Shown here in pieces: positions 39,106 through 51,539 of a DNA stretch of 64,000 nucleotides. Position numbers and translations under genes: made by a program. The notes under the pieces are model-generated. The model searched no databases. It was not told where the DNA came from and worked only from the letters and a program-made list of their open reading frames with translations. Origin of the DNA: Antechinus flavipes. Lineage: Eukaryota. Each line of letters starts with the position of its first letter. Positions within the stretch are counted from its first letter, which is position 1. Where the stretch lies: positions 137,516,001-137,580,000 of the forward strand of contig NC_067398.1 in the NCBI RefSeq assembly GCF_016432865.1, in the 5' to 3' direction.

Positions 39106-39900
39106 TGTTACAGCTAAAAATCTATATAAAACTTAATAATTGCTAATTGCTACCATTGTTGTTTTGAACCTGCCCCATCCTGGGGGATAGATAGAAAGGA
39201 CAAAGGAAGTGTGTCCATCTAACCACAGATATTTTGGGGTTGCCAGAATTCTGACTCCCAATATCCAGCATACTTTAACTATACTGAGTGTCAACATCAT
39301 CACCATCCCCAAATCATCTTTCTATGATCAGTGTTTTTATTTTTGCTGCTATGTGCCTTTTGTGCATTTCATCCAGAGTTCTTTATGCTTGGCCTAAAAT
39401 TAAGTTTGAATGGTCCTGGTGGAATAGAAATGCTCTTTCTCAGGTTCCTGTTTATTGTTAGCCTGAGCCCCTGGGGGATCATGGCAGAGACTATTGCAAT
39501 ACCCAAGAGATGCCACATAGTACCGAGAAATATTTTTCTGGTTACGCTTGAATAGAAAAAGCAGTGGATTCCTCCATGGTTTTCCTGCCAACTAAGGAGC
39601 CGCCTTTAGTCCTAAAGAGGGATTTCCTTTGGTATTTTTTTGTCCAGATTAATAAAAACCCAAGGACCTGAGCTCAGAACACCAAAAAATACCTATGGAA
39701 TTTCCTTTTTGGTTATTTTTTTCCTTCACATTCAAAAGAATGTATTATAATTCCCTTTTGGTAAAAGTCTGATTTTTTATTTTAGGAAGTAATGCAACTT
39801 TTTTATGTCTTGTTCAATCTTGAGTAAGACTTGAGCTTTCCACCAAAAGTCAAAGATCTTGTGGGAACATAAAGCTTTCTCAGGGCCCTTTGTGGTTACA
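39106..39900. mobile_element. Probable solo LTR (795 bp) with a 4-bp GGAT TSD
   Basis: Starts TGTTACA and ends GGTTACA. GGAT lies at 39102-39105 and 39901-39904. Confidence 0.6.
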
Positions 39901-41104
39901 GGATAACTCCTGGCAGGATTAGGTTACATTTATAGAACACTTGAAAATTTACAAAATACTCTCCTCTTAAGATCCTGTGACATCAACAGGGCAAATATCA
40001 TTGATTCCAATTTACAGATTAGAAATAAACACTCTAAAAAGTGAAATAACTTCATCATAATAAGAACATAGAGTTTTCAGAACGGTAAAGGGAAGTTGAG
40101 ATTATTCAATCTTATTGACTCATTTTATTGATGAGATCACCTAGATAGAAGGTAGCAGACCTAGGATTTGGACCCAAATCTCTTGATTCCAAGTCTAATG
40201 CTCTTTATATTATGCTATCATATGTTATTTTTCTATATAATTTTCTAGGATTTCAAGACTCTCCAGAAATCTATTTAACACTAAGCAAGTACTTTTGAAC
40301 ATTTATTATTTTTATAATACCTAAAATAGGTATTATGAAAGAAATAGGGAAAGGAAAATACATAGGAAAGAAACATAACCCATCGTATCTGTCTTCAGGA
40401 AGTTTGCAATCTAATTGGGGTAACAAAATGGTTCCATATTGTAGTGGATTCATATTCTCATTGATGAGAGTACTGCTTCCACACACAGAAGTTGCCACCC
40501 ATCCTTGCTTGACATGCAATAAGCACTTAATCACTACTTGATTTCATTTTGTCCATGTACATTTATAAATTTCCCATGGAAGAGCTTTCTGACATGCTAG
40601 ATACGATCTGCTGAGTATTATAATACTAAATTCTAATTCTAAAGTTAACAAACTAGATTGTACCTGAGAAATTATGCATTGTTTCCAACAATCCTCTAAT
40701 ACTTCCATACACATATTAAAATACCCATCCATTTGATATCAATATTTGTAGAATAATGAAGTCATAGATCTAGAACTGAAAGGAACCTTAGAAGTTATAA
40801 AGTCCCACTCATATTTTACAGATGAGGAATTTGAGACCCAGAGAAACTTAAACAATTTATTCAAGGTCTCAGCTAATAATTCTCCAAGGTGGGATTCAAA
40901 GTCAAATCCAATTCTCCACGTATTGTACCATACTACCTATTTTACTAGTGATGATTCATAACTGTTACATATGGAAGACAATCATCTCCAGGGAATTTCA
41001 GGGCAATCACAATCAGTTCTAAAAAGGACATGTCATATTATCAATAATGATGCAGCTAGAAGTAACATAGAAGATTTCATCTAGTGTAAAGAATCTTAAT
41101 ATAA

Positions 41105-41292
41105 AGGCTGGATCTATGGATAGATTTGGGGGATCATGAATTGGAGGGGGAAATTGCATTCTTATTTTCATTAAATTCTAAGCGAAATTTAGCATTTCTT
41201 CCAATAATTTAAAAACATTATTCTAAAAAGGAATCCATAAATTTTATTAGACTGCCAAAGATATCTAAGACACTAATAAGAGGAAGAGCTCT
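41105..41292. mobile_element. Short hAT/Charlie-like MITE
   Basis: GGATCTATGGATAGATTTGGGGGATCATGAA...AAATTTAGCATTTC...AAAAACATTATTCT.AAAAGG.TCCATA...AGACTGCCAAAG resembles a recalled mammalian hAT MITE; exact family not assigned. Confidence 0.6.
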
Positions 41293-42824
41293 AAGGGAAT
41301 CTAGAGGTAATAAGATACATGCACAAAATGCACTTAACATTTTCAAAGCAGGGGCAAGATAAGAAATGCAACCAAAAGAGTTCAGAAAAGAGGACAAGCA
41401 GTATGGACTGGAGCAACCAGAGAAAGCTGTGTGGACTAAGTGGTCTAGTGGAAAGAGTACTACCTCTAGAATGAGAAAAAGAGATTAAATCCCAACCCTG
41501 ATACTATCTGTGTGACTTTGGATAAGTCACTTACTCTCCCCTTGGTTTTCTTATCTGTAAAACAAGTGTGTTGGACAATGACAACCCTATGACCCCACTC
41601 ACCAATACTATGACATCTCAAACTAAAAAAATCCTCCCTTCTCTGGATACCACTTCTTTACAGAACTGTTCTTCATCCCACTAAAATATTACCTCCTTTA
41701 GCACAGGGATTGTTTCACTTTTGTCTTCAAATCTCCCGCACTAAACATAATACTTGACATATAAGAAGTGTCTAATATACACTTTTTCATACATTCATAT
41801 TTTTTAAGTTCTCAAACTCAATTTCAGTTGAAATCCAGCTATAAAGCAATAACCAAGGCAAGACAATCAGAGTACTGAAAATTAAAAAGTGTTGACAGCA
41901 CTCATACTTCTTTCACATATAAAAACAAATGAGTTTCACATCTAGTTAGCAAGAATAATTACCTGGAGTTAAAATAGGAAGGTTTACTTCTTCCGGTGGC
42001 CCTACTCCAGGTGGTGCTTCCCCTGCCTGGCCTTGTTTTCTCTCAACACACAATAGACTTTCTAGAATCAGCCATGGTTCTGGGGTCTCTGAACCACCCC
42101 CTCAATGCAATTGGCACTTCAAAATGAATAGTTATATTTTGTGCTGTTTGCCACAGGTATGTTTTGTGAAGCAGTCTCCTGAAAGCCAACACTGCTATTT
42201 GCAGTCTGCCAGGGCAACCCCTAAGAGCAACAAAATAGTCATAATCCTGAACAACTGAATGATTGGCCTGCTGGCCCAGGGTGAACTCATTGTTATTGAA
42301 TTTGATGGGATCCTGATAACTCACCCCACAAGAGGTGAGTGCTAGTTAGAAAGTCTTGACCCTCTGCTCCCAGACAGATGACTAAGCAGCTAAAACTTTC
42401 TGCATTTGTGGTTTCTCTAAATTATCTATTACAGCCAAGAATCTTTCTAAGAGAAGATTCAAAAATGTTTTCTTTTAAAATTTAGTTTAATTGAAAATAG
42501 ATTTTGCAGATAAAAATACACATTGACATACTATAATGGTCTAAATATGGATCAAGCAAGAATTTAGACTTCACCCATAAAATTAGCTCTCTTTGAATGG
42601 AAAGAAAAATATGTATGTACACACACATGTCTATATACAAATATATATATATACATACATATATATGTGTGTGTGTCTGTTCATATATCTATGCATACAT
42701 ACATATCTATCATAATTATTTACTGAATTATTCCTTCCATGTCCTGATCAGAGTTTTAATGTATCACAGGTCAGCATAAGAAATTAGTGTACCATTGAAG
42801 AAAATATTAAAAATTAGTTATCAG

Positions 42825-43015
42825 GAGCATAATCCTTGTATCTAATGAGGTACAGGATAGTGGAGCTCTTGAGTTCAGGGGTTCTGAGCTGCAGAGGACC
42901 ACAAAGTCTATTGCACTGAGTCTGGCACAATTGTGATAAGCCTCTGGAAATTACAGATCAGTAAATTGCCTAAAGGAAAGCAAATTAGTCCAGATTGGAA
43001 ATGTGCCAGTCAAAA
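42825..43015 (+). pseudogene. Degenerate 7SL (SRP RNA)-derived retrocopy, partial
   Basis: CTTGAGTTCAGGGGTTCTGAGCTGCAG...GCACTGAGTCTGGCACAA...TTGCCTAAAGGAAAG...CCAGATTGGAAATG aligns to 7SL. Confidence 0.7.
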
Positions 43016-43229
43016 ACAACCAAAAAAAGTGTATCAGGGAAATAAAGGATATTATTAGAATCGATTTTGCCTTATTATATGTTAATAAAACTGGCAACTT
43101 AAATTTGACAATAGTAACACTTACAAAAATAAGAACTACCTAGAGTAACAGAATAGGAAATAGGTGACTTAAACAGTCTAGTTTTGGAAAAATAATTCAG
43201 TAAGTCATCAGTGAATTTCCAAAGTGGAG

Positions 43230-44140
43230 GTAGGGGGCAGACCAGTAGATTTATGAGAATTCTATTAAACATTCCAGGAATAATTAATTCAAATATTATT
43301 CAAGCTGTTTAGAAAAAATAGAAAAAGAAGGATTCCTATAAAATTCCTTTTATAATACAAATATTTTCTTGATATCTAAACCAGGGAGAGCCAAAATGGA
43401 AAGAAAGCTATGAACTATTATTCCTAGTAAACACTGATGCAAATCTTTTAATAAAATGTTAGAAAAAAAGTTTAAAGCATTGTATCATGAAAAATTATGC
43501 ACCATGAATAGATTGTATTCATCTGAGGAATATATTTGGTTTAATATTAGAAAAACTATAAGCAAATTTTGCTACATTAGTAACAAAAACAACAAAAATC
43601 ATATTATTATAACTATTGGCACACACAAAAAGCTTTTGACAAAATACAACACCCATTTCTGTTAGAAACTTCAGAAAGCATGGCCTAAAGGAATTTTATT
43701 TAGCATGATAAATTGTTGTTGTTGTATAATTATGTCCAACTCTTTGTGGACACACAATCCTCATTTGGGATTTTCTTGGCAGAAAATACTGCAATGGGTT
43801 GACATTTCCATCTCCAGCTCATTTGACAAATGAGGAAACTGAGGCAACTTGAATTAAGTGAATTGGCCAGGGTCACATAGTTAATAAGTATCCAAGGTCC
43901 AATTTGAACTCAAGTATTTCTGACTCCAGACCCAGCACTTTATGTAATACACTACCTAGCTGCATGGATCTGAAACTAAGATTCAGCATTAAGTGCAATA
44001 AGAATAAATAAATAAATAAAAGAATAAGAGTCCCTTCCAACAAGATAAAGAGTAAAGCAAGGATATCCATTGTCACCACTTGTATTTGAAATGGTTCTAA
44101 AAATGCTGCTCTAGCCATAAGACAAGAAGTTGAAGAATGC
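43230..44140 (+). mobile_element. L1 ORF2 RT-domain fragment, interrupted by a SINE
   Basis: Decayed LI.KPGR, WFNIRKTI, KAFDKIQHPFL and GVKQG.PLSP motifs. Confidence 0.9.
43713..43963 (-). mobile_element. Mar1-type SINE nested in the L1 RT fragment
   Basis: TTGTTGTTG..TGTCCAACTCTTTGTG..GATTTTCTTGGCAG..ATGAGGAAACTGAGGC..ACCTAGCTGC. Confidence 0.9.
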
Positions 44141-44340
44141 TTCCCACCTCATAACTGAGAAATAATGGACTGATATATAGAAGGAAACACATTTCTGACA
44201 TGGCCAATCAGGGAACTTGTTTGGCTTGACTATGCACCTTTGTTAGAAGGATTTTATGGCTTTTTTCAATTTCAGAGGGTAAGGAGAACAGATGAACAAA
44301 CCCCAATTTCTCTCAGCTTGTTTTTTTTTTTTATCTGTAA

Positions 44341-47190
44341 AAGGAGGTGGGAGCCAAGAAGGCAGAGTAAAGGCAGGAACTTGCCCAACCTCTCTTCCAA
44401 ATTGCTCCAAATTCCATCGAATAATGACTCTAAATAAATTTTAGAGCATCAGAACACTCAAAAAGATGGAGTAGGACATTTTCCAACTGAAGACAACTTA
44501 GAAGCTCAGCAGAAATGGTCTGTGACCACTGGAGTGAGAGTTCTGGGGCAGAATATACTGGTGAATTCTGGACCTAGATCCAACCTGCCTTCACCAACCT
44601 GTGAATCAGCAGCAGTTCTGGTGGCTTCCAATTCTTTCAGCCCAGAGACATCAAAGAGGAGCTGGAGGGTAAGCAGAAAAAGTCTGTGGAATTAGGATGG
44701 GAGTGTACCGGGCAAAACCAGTACAGAGTTGGCCCCAGCTCAGACACTAGCATCAGCAAGATAATCTGAATCACCAGTTGTGCTGGAGTTTTCTGGACAT
44801 CTCAGCCTGGGGACATCAGGGAGGACCTGGAAGGTCAGTGGAGAGGGTCTATGGCAATGGGATAGGAATCTGGTGTGCAATCCCAGAGTAGTCAGGGTTA
44901 GTGGAGCCTCAGCCTTGGCCACACTAGATCTTACAGCAACAGTGGGGCAGGGACATACTAACAACTACAGGGCAGAAAAGAATGCTTATGGTTGGGTCCT
45001 TAGAAGGATTTCTGAAAACAATTGCACAGAACCTTTGAAGCTTGAGACAATGCAATTCCCACTCTGAAAACAGAGCCTTACTTTAACAAAGAATTAAAAG
45101 CCAAGTTATAGGCTAGAAAAATGTGTAGAAAACAAAAAAAAAGTTTCTGACCATTGCAAGTTATTATAGTGACAAAAAGGATCAAAATACACACTTAGAA
45201 GGTGATAACAAAGTTAAACTTTCTACATCCAATGCCTCCAAGAAAAGTAAGAATTGGGCTCAGGTTATGGAAGAGTTCAAAAGTAACTTTGAAAATCAAG
45301 TAAAAGAGATAGAGGAAAAATTAGGGAAAGAATTGAGAGAGGTACAAAAGGAAATACAAAAAACTAATGAGAAGAAGAATACTTTAAAAAGCAAAAATGG
45401 CCAATTGGGAAAGGAGGTACAAGAGAAAAATAATTTAAAAATAGAATTGAGCATATGGAAGATAATGACTTTATGAGAAATCAAGATATAATAAAGTAAA
45501 AGCAAAAAAAAAATAGAAAAAAATGTGAAATATCTCATTAGAAAAACAACTGACCTGGAAAATAAATCCAAGAGAGATAATTTAAAAATTATTGGTCTAC
45601 TTAAAAGTCATGATCAATAAAAGAACCTGGACATCATCTTTCAAGAAATTATCAAAGAAAACTGTCCTGATGTTCTAGAACCAGAGGGTAAAATAGAAAT
45701 TGAAAGAATCCTCCAATCACCTCCTGAAAGAGATTCCAAAATAAAAACTCCCAGGAATATTATAACCAAATTCTGAAACTCCCAGATCAAGAAGAAAATA
45801 TTACAAACATTCAGAAAGAAACAATTCAAGTACAGTGGAGTCACAGTCAGTATAAAACAAGATTTAACAATTTTTGCATTGTGGAGGACATGAAATATAA
45901 CATTCCAGAGAGCAATGGAGCTATGATCACAACCAAAAATCAATTACCTAGCAAAACTAAGTATAATCCTTCAGAGGAAAAGGTGCTCATTTAATGAAAC
46001 AGAGGATTTTCAAACATTGATGATTAAAAGACCAGAGCTGAATGGGAAATTTGATTTTCAAATACATGACTCCAGAGAAGCATAAGGAGGTAATCAGGAA
46101 AGTGATATTATAAGAGATTTAATATGGCTTATCTGTTTTTATTCCTACATGGGAGGATGATATTTGTAAATCATTAGAATGTTCTCATTATTATGCAATT
46201 AGAAGAGTATATATAAACAGACATGGGTTTGAGTTGAATATGAAGGGATAATATTCTTTTTTTAATGATGAAATTAAGGAGTAGAGATGAATGTACTGGA
46301 AGAAAGAAAAAGAGAGAAGTGGAATGGTACAAATTATTTGCCATAAAAAAGATAAAAGAAAAAGCTTTTATAATGAAGAAGGAAATGGGGAGGAGAGGGT
46401 GAGTGAATGAACCTTATTCTCATCAGAATTGGTTCAAATAGGATATAACATACATACTCAATAAAGGTATAGAAATCTATCTTACCCTGCAGGAAAATAG
46501 GAGGGGAATAGAATATGAAAAAGGGGGAGAGGAGAGATAAAAGACAGGGCATGTTGAATAAGGGAGTGGTCAGTAGCAAAATACCTTTGAGAAGGTACAC
46601 GGTAAAGGAGAGAGAGAATAAATATAAGGAAATACAATTAGCAATAGTAATTGTAAAAAAAAATTAAACCAAGTTTCTCTGATGGAATAGTATTGTTCTC
46701 TGGAAAATGATGAACAGAATACTCTCAGAAAAAAAAAAGGCCTGGAAAGTCCTCCATGAACAAAGTGAAATATACTCTATACAAAGTAAAAGCAATATTC
46801 TGGGATGACTTTGTTAAATGTCCTTGTTATTCTCAATAATACAATCACCCACACCTACTCTGAAGGACTTACTCTAAAAATCCTATCCATACCCAGAGAA
46901 GGACCTGAGGAAGTCTGAATATAGATTGAAGCATTCTCTGTCACTCTCTCTCACTTTATTTTTAACTTAATTTTTCTTGAGAGGTTTTATTTTCATTAGG
47001 GTGGGAGATCTATGTTTTCTTTCACAACTTGATTTTTATGGAAATATTTTGTATAACTTCACATGTGGTCTCACCCATGTGGGTGGGGATAAGAGAGAGA
47101 AACTAAAACTCAAAAATCTTAAAAACAAATGTAAAAAAATTGTTTTTGAATGTAAATGGGGGAAAATATTAAAGAAATAGATAAAAACTC
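44341..47190 (+). mobile_element. L1-derived element with 5' UTR, decayed ORF1 (~45121-46090), inter-ORF region and 3' end; ORF2 almost entirely missing (HAL1-like structure)
   Basis: Start GGGAGCCAAGAAGGCAGAGTAAAGGCAGG. ORF1 motifs DLEN.S.RDNLKIIGL, IIKENCPDVLEPEGKIEIERI and PRNII.KF. After the ORF2 start-like TTAGCAATAGTAATTGT the sequence jumps to ORF2 C-terminal and 3' UTR sequence. Confidence 0.88.
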
Positions 47191-47429
47191 AAAAAGGGGT
47201 AGAGGTGGGTGGGGCAGGAACTTTCCAGCTTTTGACCTACTTTAGAGGATATGTGTAGGAATATTCAGAATTTCAGGAATCAAGATTATATCATCTGAAA
47301 AAGGACTAGAATGCTTCTAAACACCTTCCAAATCTGACTTATATGATTTAAGTATGATATAAAATATAGATATATGCATAGCTAGATAGATGATAGTCTA
47401 GTGTTCCAAGGATCTGTTGTTCATTTTTG

Positions 47430-48200
47430 TATGACCAATATTTTTATCAGTGACCAAAACAAAAGTATAGATAACAACACTTATCAGATTTGTGGGCATA
47501 GGCAAGCATAGAGAATAAAATAGGTAAGATGAGCTGGCACATCAAACCCAGGCTATTTGCATACTTATACTTGAGGATGGGATGAAGTTGGAAGGAATAG
47601 GAAACATTGAAATACAGAATCAAGTCACAATATGGTTTTGACAAACTAGAATAATGGGACAAATTTAGTTGTAATAAGATAAAATCTTATGCTTAAGAGT
47701 TCAAAAATCAATTATTCAAATACTGGTAGGTGTGACTAGACAACATAATAACCAGACAAGAATAATAACTAGACAAAAATGTAGGTAAGGTATGATTAGG
47801 CTAGGGCTTCTTAAAATTCTTTCACTTGTGATCCCTTTTTGCTTAAGAAATTTTTACACAACTCCCGTATATATAGAATAGGTAAACAAATTAAATATTT
47901 ACTGATAATAAATCATAATTTTACAGCCTCTACATTCAATTATGTGATTCCATATGGGATTGTAAGTTTAAAAAGCTTTGAACTAGACAAAAGTTTCCAT
48001 TAAATTTTTTTTTGAAAAACATTTTTAAAAATAAAAAAAATAAAACCTGGGGTTTTTAATGGACCTATTGCTCAATACCAGCAGTGACACGGTTATAAAA
48101 GTTTCAATATATGGATGATACAAAAAATGAATTCATAGATCCATCTAAATATTTAAATAATCAGAATAAGTGAAGTGGTCAGAGTAAATCTACCCTCCTA
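47430..48200 (+). mobile_element. L3/CR1 RT fragment, interrupted by a MITE
   Basis: CTTGAGGATGGGATGAAGTTGGAAGG (FADDTKLGG-like), AAATTTAGTTGTAATAAG, AAAACCTGGGGTTTTTAATGGAC. Confidence 0.65.
47801..47985. mobile_element. hAT-type (OposCharlie-like) MITE
   Basis: Termini TAGGGCTTCTTAAA...TTTAAAAAGCTTTG; internal ACATTTACTGATAATAAATCATAATTT-like and CCATATGGG. Confidence 0.65.
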
Positions 48201-48640
48201 TAGTAGGAAATGGAATCTAAATACCTTGTGGTGTGTCAGCAGGAACAAGCTGAAAAAAAGTCTTATAACCAGCATAGGGGAAGGAGGGAGAAAAATGTAT
48301 GCCCAGAACCTTTCTAAATGTAATTATCCCAATTAACATTTTCTCTATCACTTTCTTAAGTCTAAACAATCCACAGAATAGATTAAGCCCTGGTATCTAG
48401 TATTTACCACTTCTGAGATATAAAGATATATGCAGGAAAGTTAACAACCAGTTCTTACAGTCAGTTTCAAGCTGGCTCCAGCATATCTTGTGTATTAGAA
48501 GTATCATCTCTGTGAGCTAATAGCATCATCATTATACATGAAGAAGAGCTTACCCAGGAAGGATATTTTCCATGGTATTTATTCTCCAAATATGTGTAAT
48601 AAGGTTGGGGAGGATGGAACTCATGAAAAACAGCCTTTTG

Positions 48641-48780
48641 GAAGTAGCTAGGTGGTGCAGTAGAGAGAACGCCAGTCCTGGAGTCAAAAGGACCTAGGCT
48701 TGAATCCGATCTCAGACACTTCCTAGCTATGTGACATTGGATAAGTCACTTAACCCTAAATGCTTCAGAAAAAAAAGAAA
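48641..48780 (+). mobile_element. WSINE1-type SINE
   Basis: GCTAGGTGGTGCAGTAGAGAGAACGCCAG..CTCAGACACTTCCTAGCTATGTGAC..AAGTCACTTAACCC plus an A-tail. Confidence 0.9.
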
Positions 48781-49223
48781 TATCACTTAGAGCAGGGAAA
48801 TAATTTCTAACTAACATTATTAGGTGACTCACAAGTATTTCCAGTTCCTTCTCTATTTTATGTTCTATTCATAGAAAACTTTGGCTGATTTCCAAAAATG
48901 TCACATTGTTTATGTGGAAGGAGGATATGCTCCGCTTTTGCAGAAAAACAAACAAGTTTTTAATTCATAAAAATAAACTCCCATAGAATAACAATCATAT
49001 CTCACCTTATCAAGCATCAGGTGTTTAGTTACAAAAGGAAGACACAAATGAATATCCCAAAAACATAAATAAGAAGCAAATATCCCATCAGTGAACCAAT
49101 ATTCAATCTGTTTTCACTTAACTTTCATTAAGTTCCTACCACACATGAGGTCCTGTGTTGAACGCGGGAGATACAAAAATGAAAACAAAGTCCATCCTTG
49201 TATTATTTCATATCCTACTTTAG

Positions 49224-49762
49224 CAGTGGCTCAGTCTCAAACTTTTAAGACATAAGACAAGCCCTTTAATTTAAACCCTTTAAATGTAACCCTTAAAAAT
49301 CCTTAAAAGTTGTGGAGAACCATAAAAAGCTTTAATTTTGTGGATTATAAAGATATTTACTACATTCAAAATTTAACTTTTTTAAAGTATGCATTTATTG
49401 ATTCAGTTTAAAATAACGTTAATAAACCTATAATATGTTAGAGCAAATAGCTTTTAAAATAAAAAAATAACTATTTTTCAAAGGAAAAAATAGAAAAGNN
49501 NNNNNNNNNNNNNNNNNNNNNNNNNNNNNNNNNNNNNNNNNNNNNNNNNNNNNNNNNNNNNNNNNNNNNNNNNNNNNNNNNNNNNNNNNNNNNNNNNNNN
49601 NNNNNNNNNNNNNNNNNNNNNNNNNNNTCCAACCCCATACAGATAAATAGTTGGAGAAAGAAGTATTTTAATAGGCAAATAATGTCTTAGTATTATTATG
49701 AACATTCTTTTGACCTCATATACCCCCTTGAAAGTGTCTCAGCAACTGCCAAGGGTCTATAG
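49224..49762 (-). mobile_element. Charlie1-family hAT non-autonomous element (Charlie1b-like size) spanning the assembly gap
   Basis: Left arm starts CAGTGG..TCTCAAACTTTT. Right arm GGCAAATAATGTCTTAGTATTATTATGAA..TTTTGACCTC..CCCCTTGAAAG.GTCTC is the reverse complement of the recalled Charlie1 5' end. Confidence 0.8.
49499..49627. other. Assembly gap (129 N)
   Basis: Run of N. Confidence 1.
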
Positions 49763-49830
49763 GAAGGAAGGGAAAAGAGAAAGAAAGAAGGAAGGAAGGA
49801 AGAGGGGAAAGGGAGGGATGAAAGAAGAAA
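49762..49830 (+). repeat. Polypurine (GGAA/GAAA) low-complexity tract
   Basis: Almost only A and G. Confidence 0.9.
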
Positions 49831-50094
49831 TTTGAAGGGAGATAATATCTGGAAATCCCTAGCTCTATTTAAGGCTCAGTTCAAGTGCCACCTTTACACA
49901 AGGTCTTTCCTGATCCCCCTAGTTAATCACCTTCCCTTCAACTTTTTGTATGTGTTCTATATTTACTTATTTGTATACATGTACTTCCCTCTTATAGCAA
50001 AACATAAGATTCTTGGGGATAAGACTCTTGGTGATCTCATTAGCTTCTTTGGATTTTATTATCATCTTTATTTTTATGACTCCCAATTCTATTT

Positions 50095-51085
50095 ATTCAG
50101 CCCTAATCTCTCTCAGTACCTTCAGTCTTGTATTTCCAATTGATTATTGGATATCTTGAACTGGCAGTCTTGTAGACATATTAAACTCACCATCTTCAAA
50201 ACTATATTCATTGTCTTTCATCCTAGACTCTCCCCTCTTGCTAAATTCCTTATCACTGTGGAGAGTACCAAGATTGTTAGTCATCCAGGCTTGCAATTTA
50301 GGTATGAAGCTAAGAAGACTGGAAAGGTAAGAAGGATTCAGGTGAAGAGGTTAGACTCTCCCATCCAATCTGTTTCTAAGAACTCTTGGTCTTACCTTTG
50401 TAATACATCTCGATTATGCCCATGATTCTCCTCTGACACTGCCACCTATCAATACAGTCCCCCATAACTTTATTTCTATGCTATATGCTGCTAGTTGGCC
50501 TCCCTGCCTTATATCTCTTACCATTCCAATCCATTTTCTACTTAGTTATCAAAGTGATTTTCCTAAAATACAAGTCTGAATACGTCATTTCCCAAGTCAA
50601 TAAACTCCATTCTCATTACCTCCAAGATTAAATATAAAATACTCTATCTTTCAAAACTCTACATAATCTGAATCCTTCCTACCTTTCCAGTCTTTTTATT
50701 CTGTATTCTTTTCCAAATATTCTATAAACCAGTGACATTTACCTCCTTACTATTTCGTACATAACACACTCTATCTCTATCTGACCCCACATGTGCTTTT
50801 TGGCTGAAATGTTCTTATTCCTCATCTTTTACTACCTGGTTTTCTCAGCTTCCTTCAAATTCCAACAAAAATGTCATCTTCTGCAAGAAGTCTTTCTTCA
50901 TTCCCCTTAATTCTAGTGCCTTCCCTCTGAAATTATCTCCAATTTATCCTGGATATATCTTGTTTATACAGAACCATTTGCATGGTATCTCTTTCATTAA
51001 ATTGTGAACTCTTAAAGTATAGGTTGTTTTTTCCTTGTTTCTCAAGCACAGAGTTGGTTTTTAATACATTTTTGTTGACTTGACT
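50095..51085 (+). mobile_element. L2 LINE 3' ~1 kb including the tail
   Basis: GATATCTTGAACTGG..TTAAACTCACCATC..CCTAAAATACAAGTCTGA..TAGTGCCTTCCCTCTG..AATACATTTTTGTTGACTTGAC. Confidence 0.88.
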
Positions 51086-51452
51086 TCAAAAATATGCTTA
51101 ATATCCAATGTGATTAAAGTGTGCTTTTATAATAAAGAATAAAAATGTTAAAAAATACTGTGGACTTAACACCAAATAATATAAACCAAGTTATTGTAAC
51201 AAAAGACAGATATACCACATACATTTTTGAAGATAAAATTGATTACAAGGTTTGTTGTATAAATCATAAATTTAGTTATTTTATAATAAACTGCCCCAAT
51301 TTATTTTTACACCATGGCAGAATCAGTCTATGAGCCTCATAAGAAAGTCATGATCAACACTTTAGTAAGTTTCATATCAATGTCATTATAAAAATTGCAT
51401 CCAACTTGATCATCTGCCTTATGTATCAGGTTTGGCGATGTCTGGCCATTAC

Positions 51453-51507
51453 TGAAAACTAAAGTCATTCCTTCTGAGGACTGTGGTGACTGGGGAAGAA
51501 ACTGTGC
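51453..51507 (-). CDS. Candidate 55-nt exon, phase 1/2 (xTVSSPVTTVLRRNDFSFx), possibly following the 59609-59517 exon
   Basis: Very strong acceptor ctttcttctttttaccctcacag and a weak donor CA|gtaatg. The phase is compatible with the upstream candidate exon. Confidence 0.25.
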
Positions 51508-51539
51508 CTGTGAGGGTAAAAAGAAGAAAGCTAAGACAT

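Noticed and set aside
44740-45943. ORFs of 69-100 aa on both strands
   Set aside because: They are fragments or antisense readings of the decayed L1/HAL1 5' UTR and ORF1.
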